A stretch of 64,000 nucleotides of DNA, taken from the NCBI GenBank assembly GCA_965216315.1, contig CBDCFN010000016.1, forward strand, positions 288,001-352,000, written 5' to 3'. The DNA comes from a bacterium. Lineage in GTDB: Bacteria > UBA10199 > 2-02-FULL-50-16 > JAJFLM01. Both the position numbers and the translations under genes were made by a program. This document shows positions 30,968 through 40,107 of the stretch, piece after piece; position 1 is the first letter of the stretch; every line of letters starts with the position of its first letter. Under the pieces are notes generated by a model. It was not told the DNA's origin, made no database searches, and was given only the letters and a program-made list of their open reading frames with translations.

Positions 30968-31903
30968 ATGAGCTCCTTTCTCTTGCCGGCCGGCTACCAG
31001 TTTATACCGGGTGGACTCTTTATGGGGCACACCCTTGCGCCCTTCGGTATGAAGATGACGCCCGTGACCAACGCGGAGTGGCAGGAATCGTTAGATGTCA
31101 TCGCGGGTCCGGACCGCGCGCTTTTGTTGGAGCACGACTGGCAGAGCGGTGCGACGCAACTCCTCAAGCAGGGACCGGACTATGAGACATTGATGGGCGG
31201 ACCCGTGCTGCCCGGACGCAGTCGTTATGATGACCAGGGCAGTTTCAATCCATCCGATCTCATCATCTTCGGCGCGCAGATCCTCGTGCGGCTCGAGAAT
31301 CGTCCTGCTTTTCGCTACGATGAAATGAATCGCCGTTTTAGTGACCCTAAGCAACCGGTGCTGGGCATCAGTTATTTCCACGCCAAGGCCTGGTGTCTCC
31401 TCTCCAGTCTGGCAAGTGAGGGGCAGTATCAATATGATCTCCCAACTGATGCCCAGTACCACTTCGTCGCGAGCGAAGGCGGCACCAAAGAGTATGGGAC
31501 CGAGACCGGAACGGTGCGTGATCCCGCGGGACGCAAGCTAGCGCACCTTGATGAGAATCCCCAAAACAGCAGGTATCATGGCATGGGCTCGACGGTGGCC
31601 GTCGATGATGCGCGCTATGTACAAGACTTACCGTTTCAAGTGCAGTCGACCGGCAACGTATTTCGGTGGATGCGCTTCAATGAGCGCTTCAACCGTTCCG
31701 AGACTTATCCTTCGGGTGCCTATGGTCGTCGTGGCGGTTCGTGGAACGCGCCGCTAATTACCGGCCGCGCCGACTATCGCGCAAGCAGCCGACCCGATCA
31801 ACGGTCCCCCGACTTGGGCTTTCAACCGGTCGTGACGAATAAGATCCTCGCTGCGAGCCGCAAACTCATTACTCATTCCAAGGGGATCATCATCGACGAT
31901 TAG
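30968..31903 (+). CDS. FGE-sulfatase (SUMF1, C-type lectin fold) domain protein
   Basis: IPGGLFMG, TPVTNAEW, QPV..IS...AKAWC, LPTDAQY, GNVFRW, RGGSW, DLGFQPV. Start taken at ATG 30968. Confidence 0.8.
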   Translation: MSSFLLPAGYQFIPGGLFMGHTLAPFGMKMTPVTNAEWQESLDVIAGPDRALLLEHDWQSGATQLLKQGPDYETLMGGPVLPGRSRYDDQGSFNPSDLIIFGAQILVRLENRPAFRYDEMNRRFSDPKQPVLGISYFHAKAWCLLSSLASEGQYQYDLPTDAQYHFVASEGGTKEYGTETGTVRDPAGRKLAHLDENPQNSRYHGMGSTVAVDDARYVQDLPFQVQSTGNVFRWMRFNERFNRSETYPSGAYGRRGGSWNAPLITGRADYRASSRPDQRSPDLGFQPVVTNKILAASRKLITHSKGIIIDD

Positions 31904-32113
31904 TAGCGTCATCAAATTGACGTTTTTTAATAAAATAAGACCCTCGAATGACGACTGAATGAGTCAGGCTTCGTTGTTTTTCAGTATGGCTATTGCGCTG
32001 ATTCAGTATGCATCAGAGTTTGCGGGATATTGTAAGGTGGATAAAAATTCGCCGTATTCCTTCATTCATTTCAGGACTACAATTTTTTTATGGATTGAAG
32101 GGGGTGAGGGGGG

Positions 32114-32362
32114 ATGAAGCACTTTCCTTTATGTCTGTTGGCGATCGTAGCGGTCTTGTTTATCGCACCGCAACTGTCACCGGTGCACGGCGGTTCATTT
32201 AATCAAAGTTTATCAATCAACACGCCAGCTCCATGTGACTACGTCGCACGCCGCGGTTGCTGCTCGTGGCACGGCGGCGTGTGCGGATGTCACAAAGCAT
32301 CCGATCGCATCCGTTGTTGCGATGGGACCTTGAGTCCGACGTGTACGTGTAGTGGGTATTGA
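32114..32362 (+). CDS. Small secreted Cys-rich protein
   Basis: Signal peptide, then RRGCCSWHGGVCGC...CCDGTLSPTCTC. Confidence 0.75.
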   Translation: MKHFPLCLLAIVAVLFIAPQLSPVHGGSFNQSLSINTPAPCDYVARRGCCSWHGGVCGCHKASDRIRCCDGTLSPTCTCSGY

Positions 32363-32375
32363 GTAAGGAGAGAAT

Positions 32376-33392
32376 ATGGGTTGGAGGGGTGCACTGCGTT
32401 CATTAAATTCTCTGTCCAAAGAAATGGATCGAGAGGCGAGACGTCGACGAAAAGAGCAGGAAGCAATAGATGCTGGAGTCATAGTTGCTGAATATCTGAG
32501 CTATATTGAACGATTAACATCTGTGCATAAGAGCGTATCTGCACCTATTGATTGGGAGCTAATAGCTTCTAAGCCTGCGCCTGATAAACCTCAGAGGTCT
32601 ACTGTCCATGAAAAGAAAGCGGTGAAAAAATCATTAGAGTATAAACCAGGTTTTATTGATCGGATTTTAGGAAGAGAAAAGAAAGTAAGGAATAAACTTA
32701 CTTCAAAGATAGAGAAGGCTATTAATAAAGATGAGAATATCTATCAAAATTTATTTGTAAACTACAAAAAGGAATTCAATGAATGGCAAGAAAAGCACAA
32801 TTTAGCAAGATCCGTAATTGAAGGAAAAACAGAGGCCTATGTTGATGCTATTGAGAAATTCAAGGGTCTGACGGATATCGCGGAATTGGGTACGCAGGTT
32901 AATTTCCGAACTATTAATTCTAAAGCGATAACAGCAACACTTAACATTCACGGGAGGGATATAATTCCTGAGGAGGAAGTCAAACAGCTAAAAAGCGGTA
33001 AACTGTCTGTTAGGGATATGCCCAAAACTAAATTTAATGAGTTGCATCAGGACTATGTTTGTAGCTGTTTGCTGAGGCTTGCGAATGAGCTTTTTTCATT
33101 GCTTCCAATTGATAAAATACTTGTAACGGCACGTGATGAATTACTAAATACGCAGACAGGTTATCTTGAAGATCAGCCTATCGCCTCTGTTTATATACCA
33201 AGAGAAACTCTAAGTAAGCTTAAACTGGATTTCATTGACCCTTCTGACTCTATGAACAACTTTGTACATAAAATGAATTTTAAGAAAACAGCGGGTTTTA
33301 GTTTAATTCCTAAAGCCAGTCTCTTAGAGTTAGAGGAATTATGCTATTCTGAACCTAGTATTAATTGTAGTGGGGAAGCCACAAATCTCTAG
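32376..33392 (+). CDS. Conserved-looking hypothetical protein in the AT-rich island
   Basis: 338 aa with SD AAGGAG. Coiled N-terminus and C-terminal QDYVCSC...IDPSDSM.NF...FKKT.GF. Confidence 0.75.
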   Translation: MGWRGALRSLNSLSKEMDREARRRRKEQEAIDAGVIVAEYLSYIERLTSVHKSVSAPIDWELIASKPAPDKPQRSTVHEKKAVKKSLEYKPGFIDRILGREKKVRNKLTSKIEKAINKDENIYQNLFVNYKKEFNEWQEKHNLARSVIEGKTEAYVDAIEKFKGLTDIAELGTQVNFRTINSKAITATLNIHGRDIIPEEEVKQLKSGKLSVRDMPKTKFNELHQDYVCSCLLRLANELFSLLPIDKILVTARDELLNTQTGYLEDQPIASVYIPRETLSKLKLDFIDPSDSMNNFVHKMNFKKTAGFSLIPKASLLELEELCYSEPSINCSGEATNL

Positions 33393-33417
33393 CTTTATTG
33401 AGGACTATAGGTCTGCA

Positions 33418-34047
33418 ATGAAAATTTCTAAGGTTTCTGAGAAAACTTTTGAATTAAATTTTTGCAGTTCACTAAATTTCCTTCATCATAACTGGATATC
33501 TTGGATCGGATTAACGCAGAAGCAAGAATCGCAGTTTGGATTTGATGCACTGGCTCGGCATTTATGTGGACCATTCAATCTGTTTGTTCTCCAATTTAAG
33601 GTCATTGCCAGATCAATCAGGAAGCGTGATAATGCCTTCATTTACAAAACGGCTTCGTCACAACTGTCATCTCTTATTAGAGTTGCAGATGGAAGAAAAA
33701 GGTTTGTTTACTATGTATTGTCTTTGATCGTATCACCTGGAGAATTATTTAAACTCAAGTTGCCAAATCCACCTGTAGTAATTTTTGATGTAACCGATAT
33801 TCAGGGTAGGCTTTCTATGAAGCAAGATAGCCACACAATTGAATATATTCCTTCAATTGACCCTGCGTTTGTAAGGATTAAATCAGAGATTAAAAAAGTG
33901 CCAATTATTCCATTTAGCAAATTTATCGGTGAGATAGAAAAGGCTGGAAGCGATATGGTAAGGCAGAACTTGAGTTATAGAGTCGGTGAGGGAAAACACC
34001 TATTTGGAAGGGGCAGAGCTATGGGTATCTATTGCCCTAGGCGGTAG
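33418..34047 (+). CDS. Hypothetical protein, possible PD-(D/E)XK nuclease fold
   Basis: SEKTFELN...TQKQESQFGFDA...FVLQFK pattern (E..G.D...QxK). Start taken at ATG 33418. Confidence 0.55.
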   Translation: MKISKVSEKTFELNFCSSLNFLHHNWISWIGLTQKQESQFGFDALARHLCGPFNLFVLQFKVIARSIRKRDNAFIYKTASSQLSSLIRVADGRKRFVYYVLSLIVSPGELFKLKLPNPPVVIFDVTDIQGRLSMKQDSHTIEYIPSIDPAFVRIKSEIKKVPIIPFSKFIGEIEKAGSDMVRQNLSYRVGEGKHLFGRGRAMGIYCPRR

Positions 34048-34118
34048 TGCTGAATTCCATGAATTTTCCATTCATCTATCTGTATCGTGGCCGGCAGTGT
34101 GTTTTTATAAATTGATCT

Positions 34119-36209
34119 ATGACTGAATTTTCTCTTTCTCAAATTATCGATGCTAAGGGTCAAGGTATTGTTACACTTAAGCTTGCAGGGAAATATCTGA
34201 GCGCTCAGTTATTTGGCACGCACGATAGAACGCCAGATATAGATGGTGTAATTCACTTGAGGTATCGTGTGGACGAAGATCTACATAGAATACTCCATTT
34301 TCAATTAAAAAGTACGCAGAACCTAAAAAACAACCATTTTTACTGCAGGCGAGATATTTTAGATTATCTTTCTTCAGCTAATACACCTACTTTGCTTCTT
34401 GTCGCTGATGTATCTAGAGAAAGACTATATTGGTACTATCTTTCAGGGGAAGAAAGGGAGTTACTTAATCTTGATAGTGATAAAAGGGGGAGGAAACTCG
34501 ATTTAACAGATAAAGAAATCCCTGATAATCTTGCGGAGATTACAGAAAAGTGGTTTGAGATTGCAGGGAGAAGTCGACCGCCGCAATTGCCTCCGCTCGC
34601 TACTTCTGCTGATGCTCAAGTTGTAATGCAGCCTGCCTCATCATTGGTTGGGAAGCGAGAAGCTAATTTAATTATAAAAAAAGTAGAAGAAAATATAAAT
34701 AATAAGAATGTATCGGATCTCATTGAAGAGTTAAGTCTTCTTAATAAGTCAACTGCTTCTGAACGGCAGAAGTACGCGTATCATATACATGTAGGAAATG
34801 TTTATATGACACATGGGTTTCTGTCGAAAGCTCAAGCATCTTATGTGAAAGCTATGCGCTACCGAGGTAGTGATATGGTTGCTATTAATAATCGTGCTCT
34901 AGCATATGCCTTAGATGATAATGATGACAGAGCGTTAAAGCTATTAAAGAGATATAAGGGCGATAATCCGAAAAACGCGTCATATTGGGTATGTTTGGGA
35001 ATAGCGCATGTTGGTAAGGCTAAGAATTCAAGAAGAAGTAAATATCATCTTAGGCAGGCAAAAGAAGCGTACGAGAAGGCAAGAAAGCTAGATTCAAAGG
35101 ATGATAATATCGCATTTAACTATCTCAGATGTCTTGAGCTGATTAACGATGAAGATCAATTGAGGAAATGGGAGCAGGTCTGTGAAGAGAAATATTTATC
35201 TAACCCTTTGATAAGGAATCATTTAGCTATTAAGCGATTCAAGCTCTTCAGGGAAACGCTGCAGAATAAATTTTTGAAAGAAATGGGTGATCTTATTAGA
35301 CCAGCATTCGAAGAAATTGCAACATTTGATGCCGATGACAATGTCGTAATGAAAATGCCTTTTGGGGAGTATACCGCGCAAACCTATAGGCCTATTCTAG
35401 ATAATATGGCCGTATATTTATATCACTCACATAAGACTCAGAAGGCTGAAAATATTTGGAAAGCTTTGTTGCTGGATTCCGATCAATATGAAAGTGCTCA
35501 TCAAAATATGGGCATGATTAGATTGTCTGAAGGCAATTTTGAAGAAGCTGTAGAGCATCTTGAGAAGGCAAAGTCGAATCCAGAGTTTCGTTATCAAACT
35601 CTAGCGGGCGCGTTAATGGAAAGTGTGAGGGCTAGAAGGGAGATTGGAGGATACATTCTTATACATAGGATTAAAGAGGCTGCTAGATATTTCAAGAAAG
35701 CGTACGAGAAAGAGAAACTTTTGTATCTTAAGGTTAATGAAGCAGCTTGTCGGCTTTACTATGATGTTGAATCGGCAAAAAGAATATTAAGCAGAGTGTT
35801 AGAGATTGATCCCAATCATTATTTAGCCAGATTAAATTGGGATTCTATACAATACGATAAATCGAGAAATTGGAAGGTATTTAGGCGTAAAATGGAGTCT
35901 CTTACCGAGAAGCATCCTGATGAGTATGTTCATTTGTTTGTGCTTGCTTCACACTTTAAGAAGAGAGGTGAATATGATGTTGCTGAAGAGACTTATGATA
36001 GCGCAATGCTTAAATTGATGAGTAATAATCATAGAATCGAAGATATGATGGCTCAGGGACTGATTCTTGAATTTACTGATTTTTTAGAGAAGATCGGTAA
36101 TTTAAAGAAAGCTATGAAGATATTGAATCAATGCGTTAAGAATCTGAGCTTTACTGATCGGTTGCAAGCAAAGCTAAGTGAGATGACATTTCATAGCCAT
36201 GGTCTGTGA
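34119..36209 (+). CDS. DUF4365-like PD-(D/E)XK nuclease domain fused to a long TPR array
   Basis: N-terminal DRTPDIDG...FQLKST...YL...PTLLLV...LYW, followed by multiple TPR-like units (e.g. AHQNMGMIRLSEGNFEEAVEHLEKA). Confidence 0.75.
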   Translation: MTEFSLSQIIDAKGQGIVTLKLAGKYLSAQLFGTHDRTPDIDGVIHLRYRVDEDLHRILHFQLKSTQNLKNNHFYCRRDILDYLSSANTPTLLLVADVSRERLYWYYLSGEERELLNLDSDKRGRKLDLTDKEIPDNLAEITEKWFEIAGRSRPPQLPPLATSADAQVVMQPASSLVGKREANLIIKKVEENINNKNVSDLIEELSLLNKSTASERQKYAYHIHVGNVYMTHGFLSKAQASYVKAMRYRGSDMVAINNRALAYALDDNDDRALKLLKRYKGDNPKNASYWVCLGIAHVGKAKNSRRSKYHLRQAKEAYEKARKLDSKDDNIAFNYLRCLELINDEDQLRKWEQVCEEKYLSNPLIRNHLAIKRFKLFRETLQNKFLKEMGDLIRPAFEEIATFDADDNVVMKMPFGEYTAQTYRPILDNMAVYLYHSHKTQKAENIWKALLLDSDQYESAHQNMGMIRLSEGNFEEAVEHLEKAKSNPEFRYQTLAGALMESVRARREIGGYILIHRIKEAARYFKKAYEKEKLLYLKVNEAACRLYYDVESAKRILSRVLEIDPNHYLARLNWDSIQYDKSRNWKVFRRKMESLTEKHPDEYVHLFVLASHFKKRGEYDVAEETYDSAMLKLMSNNHRIEDMMAQGLILEFTDFLEKIGNLKKAMKILNQCVKNLSFTDRLQAKLSEMTFHSHGL

Positions 36210-36486
36210 GTGTCTCGCTAAACTCGAACAAGCCTTATTAAACGCCGGCATCAAAGAGACGTATCGCGGCCAGGCCTGGTCGCAGAACTGTCGCGAGTGG
36301 GTGTACTTTGATTGCGTCTTAGATCTGCCAAGTCTGCGCGAGCGCTTTGGCTTAAGCGATCTCGTCAAAGACCATGAACATCGTGGAACCCATGACGGGA
36401 GCGAGCGGGGTTTTGTTTGTTCCGAATGTCAGGACGGCGTGATGGGCGTGCATCCGAGTCAAAAGAGGTCGGATACGTTTAAATAG
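36199..36486 (+). CDS. Small hypothetical protein with Cys/His residues
   Basis: 95 aa, CEC...HRGTHDG...CSEC. Base composition returns to the genome-like level. Confidence 0.65.
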   Translation: MVCECLAKLEQALLNAGIKETYRGQAWSQNCREWVYFDCVLDLPSLRERFGLSDLVKDHEHRGTHDGSERGFVCSECQDGVMGVHPSQKRSDTFK

Positions 36487-36509
36487 ACGTGGCTTTGGAG
36501 AAAATTAAT

Positions 36510-36872
36510 TTATAAGAATCTCCGGTAATCAACGCCAAAGGCCTTGGCAAATTTTTTGGCTGTAATTTTGCCAATGGAACGAAAGCCACGCTTCATTTCT
36601 GAAATATGTCCCTGAGGAATGCCGGTGGCTTTCTCAAGCTTCTTTTGAGTCCACTTTTGCAAGTCCATATAAGTCATTAGAGCCGCTTGAGGCGTATCGA
36701 TATCCGGATCGAGTTTTTTTAATTCGGCCTGTAGCTCTTCAATCGGATGGATATCGTCGACCTCGCGGCGAATCGACTCCGCAATCGCCTTGCGCACGTC
36801 GGCACTAATTTTGTTGGGGATGGAAACCTTGATCTTTCCCGCAGACGTTGAAACGGTCATTGTTTTACTCAT
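36510..36872 (-). CDS. HTH (Cro/C1, XRE) antitoxin, HigA-like
   Basis: WTQKKLEKATGIPQGHISEMKRGFRSIG; overlaps the toxin stop codon. Confidence 0.85.
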   Translation of the reverse strand: MSKTMTVSTSAGKIKVSIPNKISADVRKAIAESIRREVDDIHPIEELQAELKKLDPDIDTPQAALMTYMDLQKWTQKKLEKATGIPQGHISEMKRGFRSIGKITAKKFAKAFGVDYRRFL

Positions 36873-37150
36873 TTTTTATACGCGCCTTCCCTTGTCGTGA
36901 CTTCAATAATCTCAATAATCAATATCCCATGAAAAACTTCGAAAATGAGACGATGTCGATAATCAATCTTAAGCCGCCAATAATCTCTTAGTTGTCCTTC
37001 CATTCGTTTTGAATCCCACACTTTTGGCGCAGGTCCTTCGAGTTCGAGATCTTTAATGGCAGCATAAAGTTTCCTTCTTGATGACGGCCTTAGCGTCTTA
37101 ATGACTTTGAATAATTTATTCTTATTTCGAAATTTAACCGTCCATTTCAT
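36869..37150 (-). CDS. RelE/HigB family toxin
   Basis: 93 aa basic protein: WTVKF...KRMEG...YWRLKIDYRHRLIFEV...TREGAYK. Toxin-first gene order. Confidence 0.85.
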   Translation of the reverse strand: MKWTVKFRNKNKLFKVIKTLRPSSRRKLYAAIKDLELEGPAPKVWDSKRMEGQLRDYWRLKIDYRHRLIFEVFHGILIIEIIEVTTREGAYKK

Positions 37151-37190
37151 CGCGAGGGCTATACCCTATGCAGTCTCTAACGGCAATTAA

Positions 37191-37219
37191 ATAATATACC
37201 ATATATGGTATATCGTCAA
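37191..37219 (-). promoter_or_regulatory. TA promoter with palindromic operator
   Basis: Minus strand TTGACG-N17-TATTAT. A perfect 20-bp palindrome ATATACCATATATGGTATAT (37194-37213) fills the spacer. Confidence 0.8.
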
Positions 37220-37303
37220 TGAGGCCTTCAAGGTTGTGCTCAATTGTTAGTTTAATCTTAATCGGCTGAAATCATTGACCTTTTAAGAGGGTCCAGTGAC
37301 TTG

Positions 37304-37621
37304 CTATTGCCGATTCTTGACTCCGACATATTGTTTGCCGTCAAAGTCTTCGAAGAATTGATCAATCGCCGGATGCTTGATGGGCGCCGCTTCGGTGTCC
37401 GGTTCGAGGTGGCGCTCCGCGACGTAGGTCATATTCGCAGTATTGTCCGGGAGGACGTGATACCACGGTTTGTCCTTCGGCGGCCGCGACTTGGCGACCT
37501 CTTCGTACCATTCGTCACTGGCCTCAAAGACCGGATCGACGTCGACGATGACGCCGCGATAGCCGAACTTGCGGTGGTGAACGAGCTGGCCGATCTGAAA
37601 TTTGGCTTCGTAAATCTCCAC
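37304..37621 (-). CDS. hspQ: Heat shock protein HspQ (YccV-like)
   Basis: AKFQIGQLVHHRKFGYRGVIVDVDP, PWYHVL, TYVAERHL. GTG start after GGAGG. Confidence 0.9.
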   Translation of the reverse strand: MEIYEAKFQIGQLVHHRKFGYRGVIVDVDPVFEASDEWYEEVAKSRPPKDKPWYHVLPDNTANMTYVAERHLEPDTEAAPIKHPAIDQFFEDFDGKQYVGVKNRQ

Positions 37622-37703
37622 GGAGTGCCTCCAGCCCCCGGTCATAGGGGACTCGGTGGAATAACTCAAGACTCAACCGCCGAAATGTTGTATGTTGCGC
37701 CCT

Positions 37704-38216
37704 ATGGAAACAGCCAACTATTGGAAAAAATGTAGCGTCTGTAAAAAGGAAATTGGTTTCAATGCGCCTTATCAAGTCTGCTCGGTCAGTACTTGTCAGA
37801 GTAAACGGACGGGCCTGACCTTTTGTTCGGTCGAGTGTTGGGACTCGCACTTAGGCTTCGCGAATCATCGCAGCTCGTTCGCCGAGGAACGCCGCTCACC
37901 GTCGCAGCAGGCCTATCAGCAGGAGGTCGCGGCGGAACGCGCGAATCCGACCCTACCGCGGGAGGAGGATAAACCCGCCGCGCGCCGTATCATTGCACGC
38001 TCGGAAGCGCCGGCGCCCGCTCCCGGCAAGATTCAGACCGATACTTTGGTGGTCGTGTCCAAGGTAAAAAAACTGATCAAGGAACAGTCGGGCTACAATA
38101 CCAGCCAATGCGCGATCGACGCCTTGACCGAAAAGGTGATTGAGGAATGTCTCAAGGGCATCACCGAAGCGCGCCAAGCGGAACGCAAGACGGTGATGGG
38201 CCGCGATATCAAGTAA
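37704..38216 (+). CDS. Zinc finger + bacterial histone-fold protein (ZZ-histone type)
   Basis: N-terminal CSVC/CSVSTC/CSVECWDSH. C-terminal LVVVSKVKKLIKEQSGYNTS...ARQAERKTVMGRD resembles Bdellovibrio histone Bd0055. Confidence 0.85.
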   Translation: METANYWKKCSVCKKEIGFNAPYQVCSVSTCQSKRTGLTFCSVECWDSHLGFANHRSSFAEERRSPSQQAYQQEVAAERANPTLPREEDKPAARRIIARSEAPAPAPGKIQTDTLVVVSKVKKLIKEQSGYNTSQCAIDALTEKVIEECLKGITEARQAERKTVMGRDIK

Positions 38217-38219
38217 CGC

Positions 38220-39086
38220 TTATTTACGCGCCATGATCGCCCAGGTGCTTGAGGGCATCCAGACTTCTTCGCCGCGCAGGTATTGTTTCATCAATTCCCG
38301 CAGCTCGCGCCGAATTTCAGGGAGTTGCTTTTGCCCTTCCGCTTCCGCTTCACGGATAATCTCACCGGAAGGTCCGACGAGAATCTGATAATCGATTGCT
38401 TCTTCGAGGCTGGTGCCGACACAGACGTCCGCATCGATGCGTTCAAACAGTTCCACATTATCGAAACCGGCCGCCTGCAACATCGCGCGATCGGTCTCTT
38501 CGTTGCCCCATGAAAAGGGCCCGGGTCCACAGGTTTTGGCCTGATCACCCGGCGGGGGCAGGTACTTCAAGGCGATCTCCTTGGCGAGCCGCCAACAGGG
38601 ATTCTCTTGGAGTGAGCGCCACACGATGAGCCCGAGTTTGCCACCCGGCTTGAGTGCGCCGTGCGCGTTCTTCAACGCCATGACGGCGCTTTGAAAAAAC
38701 ATGATGCCGAAGCGAGAGAAGGCGACGTCAAAGCTGTCGGCGGGGAGCTCTTGCGTCATCGCGTCGCCGAGGAGGTATTCGACGTTGGTGACGCCGGCGG
38801 CGGCTTGTTCTTGCTGGGCAATTTCTAAAAAAGCCTCAGTGCAATCAACGCCTACGACCTTGCCGCTCGGACCGACGAGTTGACTGATCTCAAGACAGGT
38901 CTCGCCGTAACCGCAACCGATGTCCAGCACCTGATGGCCCGCTTCAATACCAAATTTAGGGAGCGCAATGTCGCTGTGGATGCCGCCGTTGCCGGAGAGC
39001 AGGTGTCGAAAGCGATTCCACTTCGGGACCAGGATCTCGTTCCAACAATTGATAAAGTCGTCGTTTTGGGCAGTGTCTAAGCTCAT
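38220..39086 (-). CDS. Class I SAM-dependent methyltransferase
   Basis: VLDIGCGYG, FDVAFSRFGIMFF, LKPGG. Confidence 0.9.
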   Translation of the reverse strand: MSLDTAQNDDFINCWNEILVPKWNRFRHLLSGNGGIHSDIALPKFGIEAGHQVLDIGCGYGETCLEISQLVGPSGKVVGVDCTEAFLEIAQQEQAAAGVTNVEYLLGDAMTQELPADSFDVAFSRFGIMFFQSAVMALKNAHGALKPGGKLGLIVWRSLQENPCWRLAKEIALKYLPPPGDQAKTCGPGPFSWGNEETDRAMLQAAGFDNVELFERIDADVCVGTSLEEAIDYQILVGPSGEIIREAEAEGQKQLPEIRRELRELMKQYLRGEEVWMPSSTWAIMARK

Positions 39087-39167
39087 CGGCGGATCGTACT
39101 ATCCGAGCGGGGGCCCGTCACCGCCGGGCGATTGACTTAGTGCGTGCCTCATGTTTGGGTGGCGGTC

Positions 39168-39455
39168 ATGTACATTGCCATGAACAAATTCAAAGTTGTC
39201 GACGGTCAAGGCGCGGCGTTCGAGCAGATGTGGCAGCAGCGTGAAACCTATCTCGATGACGTGCCGGGCTTTCAAACGTTTCATCTGTTGAAGGGCGGCG
39301 ATGGAATATACATCTCGCACTCGACCTGGGAGAGCGCCCAGGCCTTTCAGGCGTGGACCGAGTCCGAGGCCTTCCGCAAGGCCCACGCTCAGGGCGGTTC
39401 CAAGGGCCTGCTCGCCGGGCCGCCGGAATTTTCCGGTTATGAGGTCGTATTGTAA
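39168..39455 (+). CDS. Antibiotic biosynthesis monooxygenase (IsdG-like) protein
   Basis: MYIAMNKF, VPGF, WES...F.AWT.SEAFRKAH. Confidence 0.88.
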   Translation: MYIAMNKFKVVDGQGAAFEQMWQQRETYLDDVPGFQTFHLLKGGDGIYISHSTWESAQAFQAWTESEAFRKAHAQGGSKGLLAGPPEFSGYEVVL

Positions 39456-39575
39456 GCCTGTTGCCAGAGATACGGCGAAATCCGCTTATTCGACGCTGCG
39501 ATAGAAGAGCATTGCATTTCTTATTGATATCAATTAGTTCCGACGCTACAGTTTCGTGGCGCTTAGGGCGCAAGA

Positions 39576-39647
39576 GGGCGAGTAGCTCAGTGGGAGAGCA
39601 CCTGGTTTACACCCAGGGGGTCGTAGGTTCGAAACCTACCTCGCCCA
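39576..39647 (+). tRNA. tRNA-Val(TAC), CCA not encoded
   Basis: Cloverleaf: GGGCGAG/CTCGCCC acceptor stem, CCTGG-TTTACAC-CCAGG anticodon arm, GTTCGAAA T-loop. Confidence 0.96.
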
Positions 39648-39665
39648 CATGGGCAACTCTTGAGC

Positions 39666-39739
39666 GGGGTGGTAGTTCAGTTGGTTAGAATGCCGGCCTG
39701 TCACGCCGGAGGTCGCGGGTTCGAGTCCCGTCCACCCCG
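39666..39739 (+). tRNA. tRNA-Asp(GTC), CCA not encoded
   Basis: GGGGTGG/CCACCCC acceptor stem, CCGGC-CTGTCAC-GCCGG anticodon arm, GTTCGAGT T-loop. Confidence 0.96.
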
Positions 39740-39810
39740 CTGAAGAGTTAACAGTATTGGCTTTAGGCTTTTCACACCCCAAAAAGGCGAGTAAAATGCC
39801 GGATGAATCC

Positions 39811-40107
39811 ATGACAAGTGCCATACGAATGCTCGTCTTAGACGTGCTCAAGCCCTTGGAACCCTCGATCATCAAATATTCTCAAGCTCTCGCCGATGTT
39901 GAGGGCATTGATGGAGTCAACATCACGGTTGTCGAGGTGGATCGGCAGACCGAAACGATCAAGATCTCCCTGCAAGGCAAGGACATCGAATATTCGCTGC
40001 TGAATGATATTATCCAAGGGCTTGGCGGTTCCATCCATTCCATCGACAAGGTTTCGGCCGGAAGCAAGATGATCAGCGAAGTGCCTTCGCGCAGCACTCA
40101 CGAATGA
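39811..40107 (+). CDS. DUF211 family protein
   Basis: IRMLVLDVLKP.EPSI...GVNITVVEVD...GGSIHSID. Confidence 0.85.
   Translation: MTSAIRMLVLDVLKPLEPSIIKYSQALADVEGIDGVNITVVEVDRQTETIKISLQGKDIEYSLLNDIIQGLGGSIHSIDKVSAGSKMISEVPSRSTHE

Noticed and set aside
30968..31903. FGE-sulfatase/CLec-fold gene as a diversity-generating retroelement target
   Set aside because: I saw no reverse transcriptase and no template repeat matching its 3' end in the window. A remote DGR cannot be excluded.
39576..39739. tRNA-targeted integrative element
   Set aside because: No integrase and no duplicated tRNA 3' end seen.
39461..39875. Short ORFs overlapping the tRNAs
   Set aside because: Translations of tRNA sequence, not genes.
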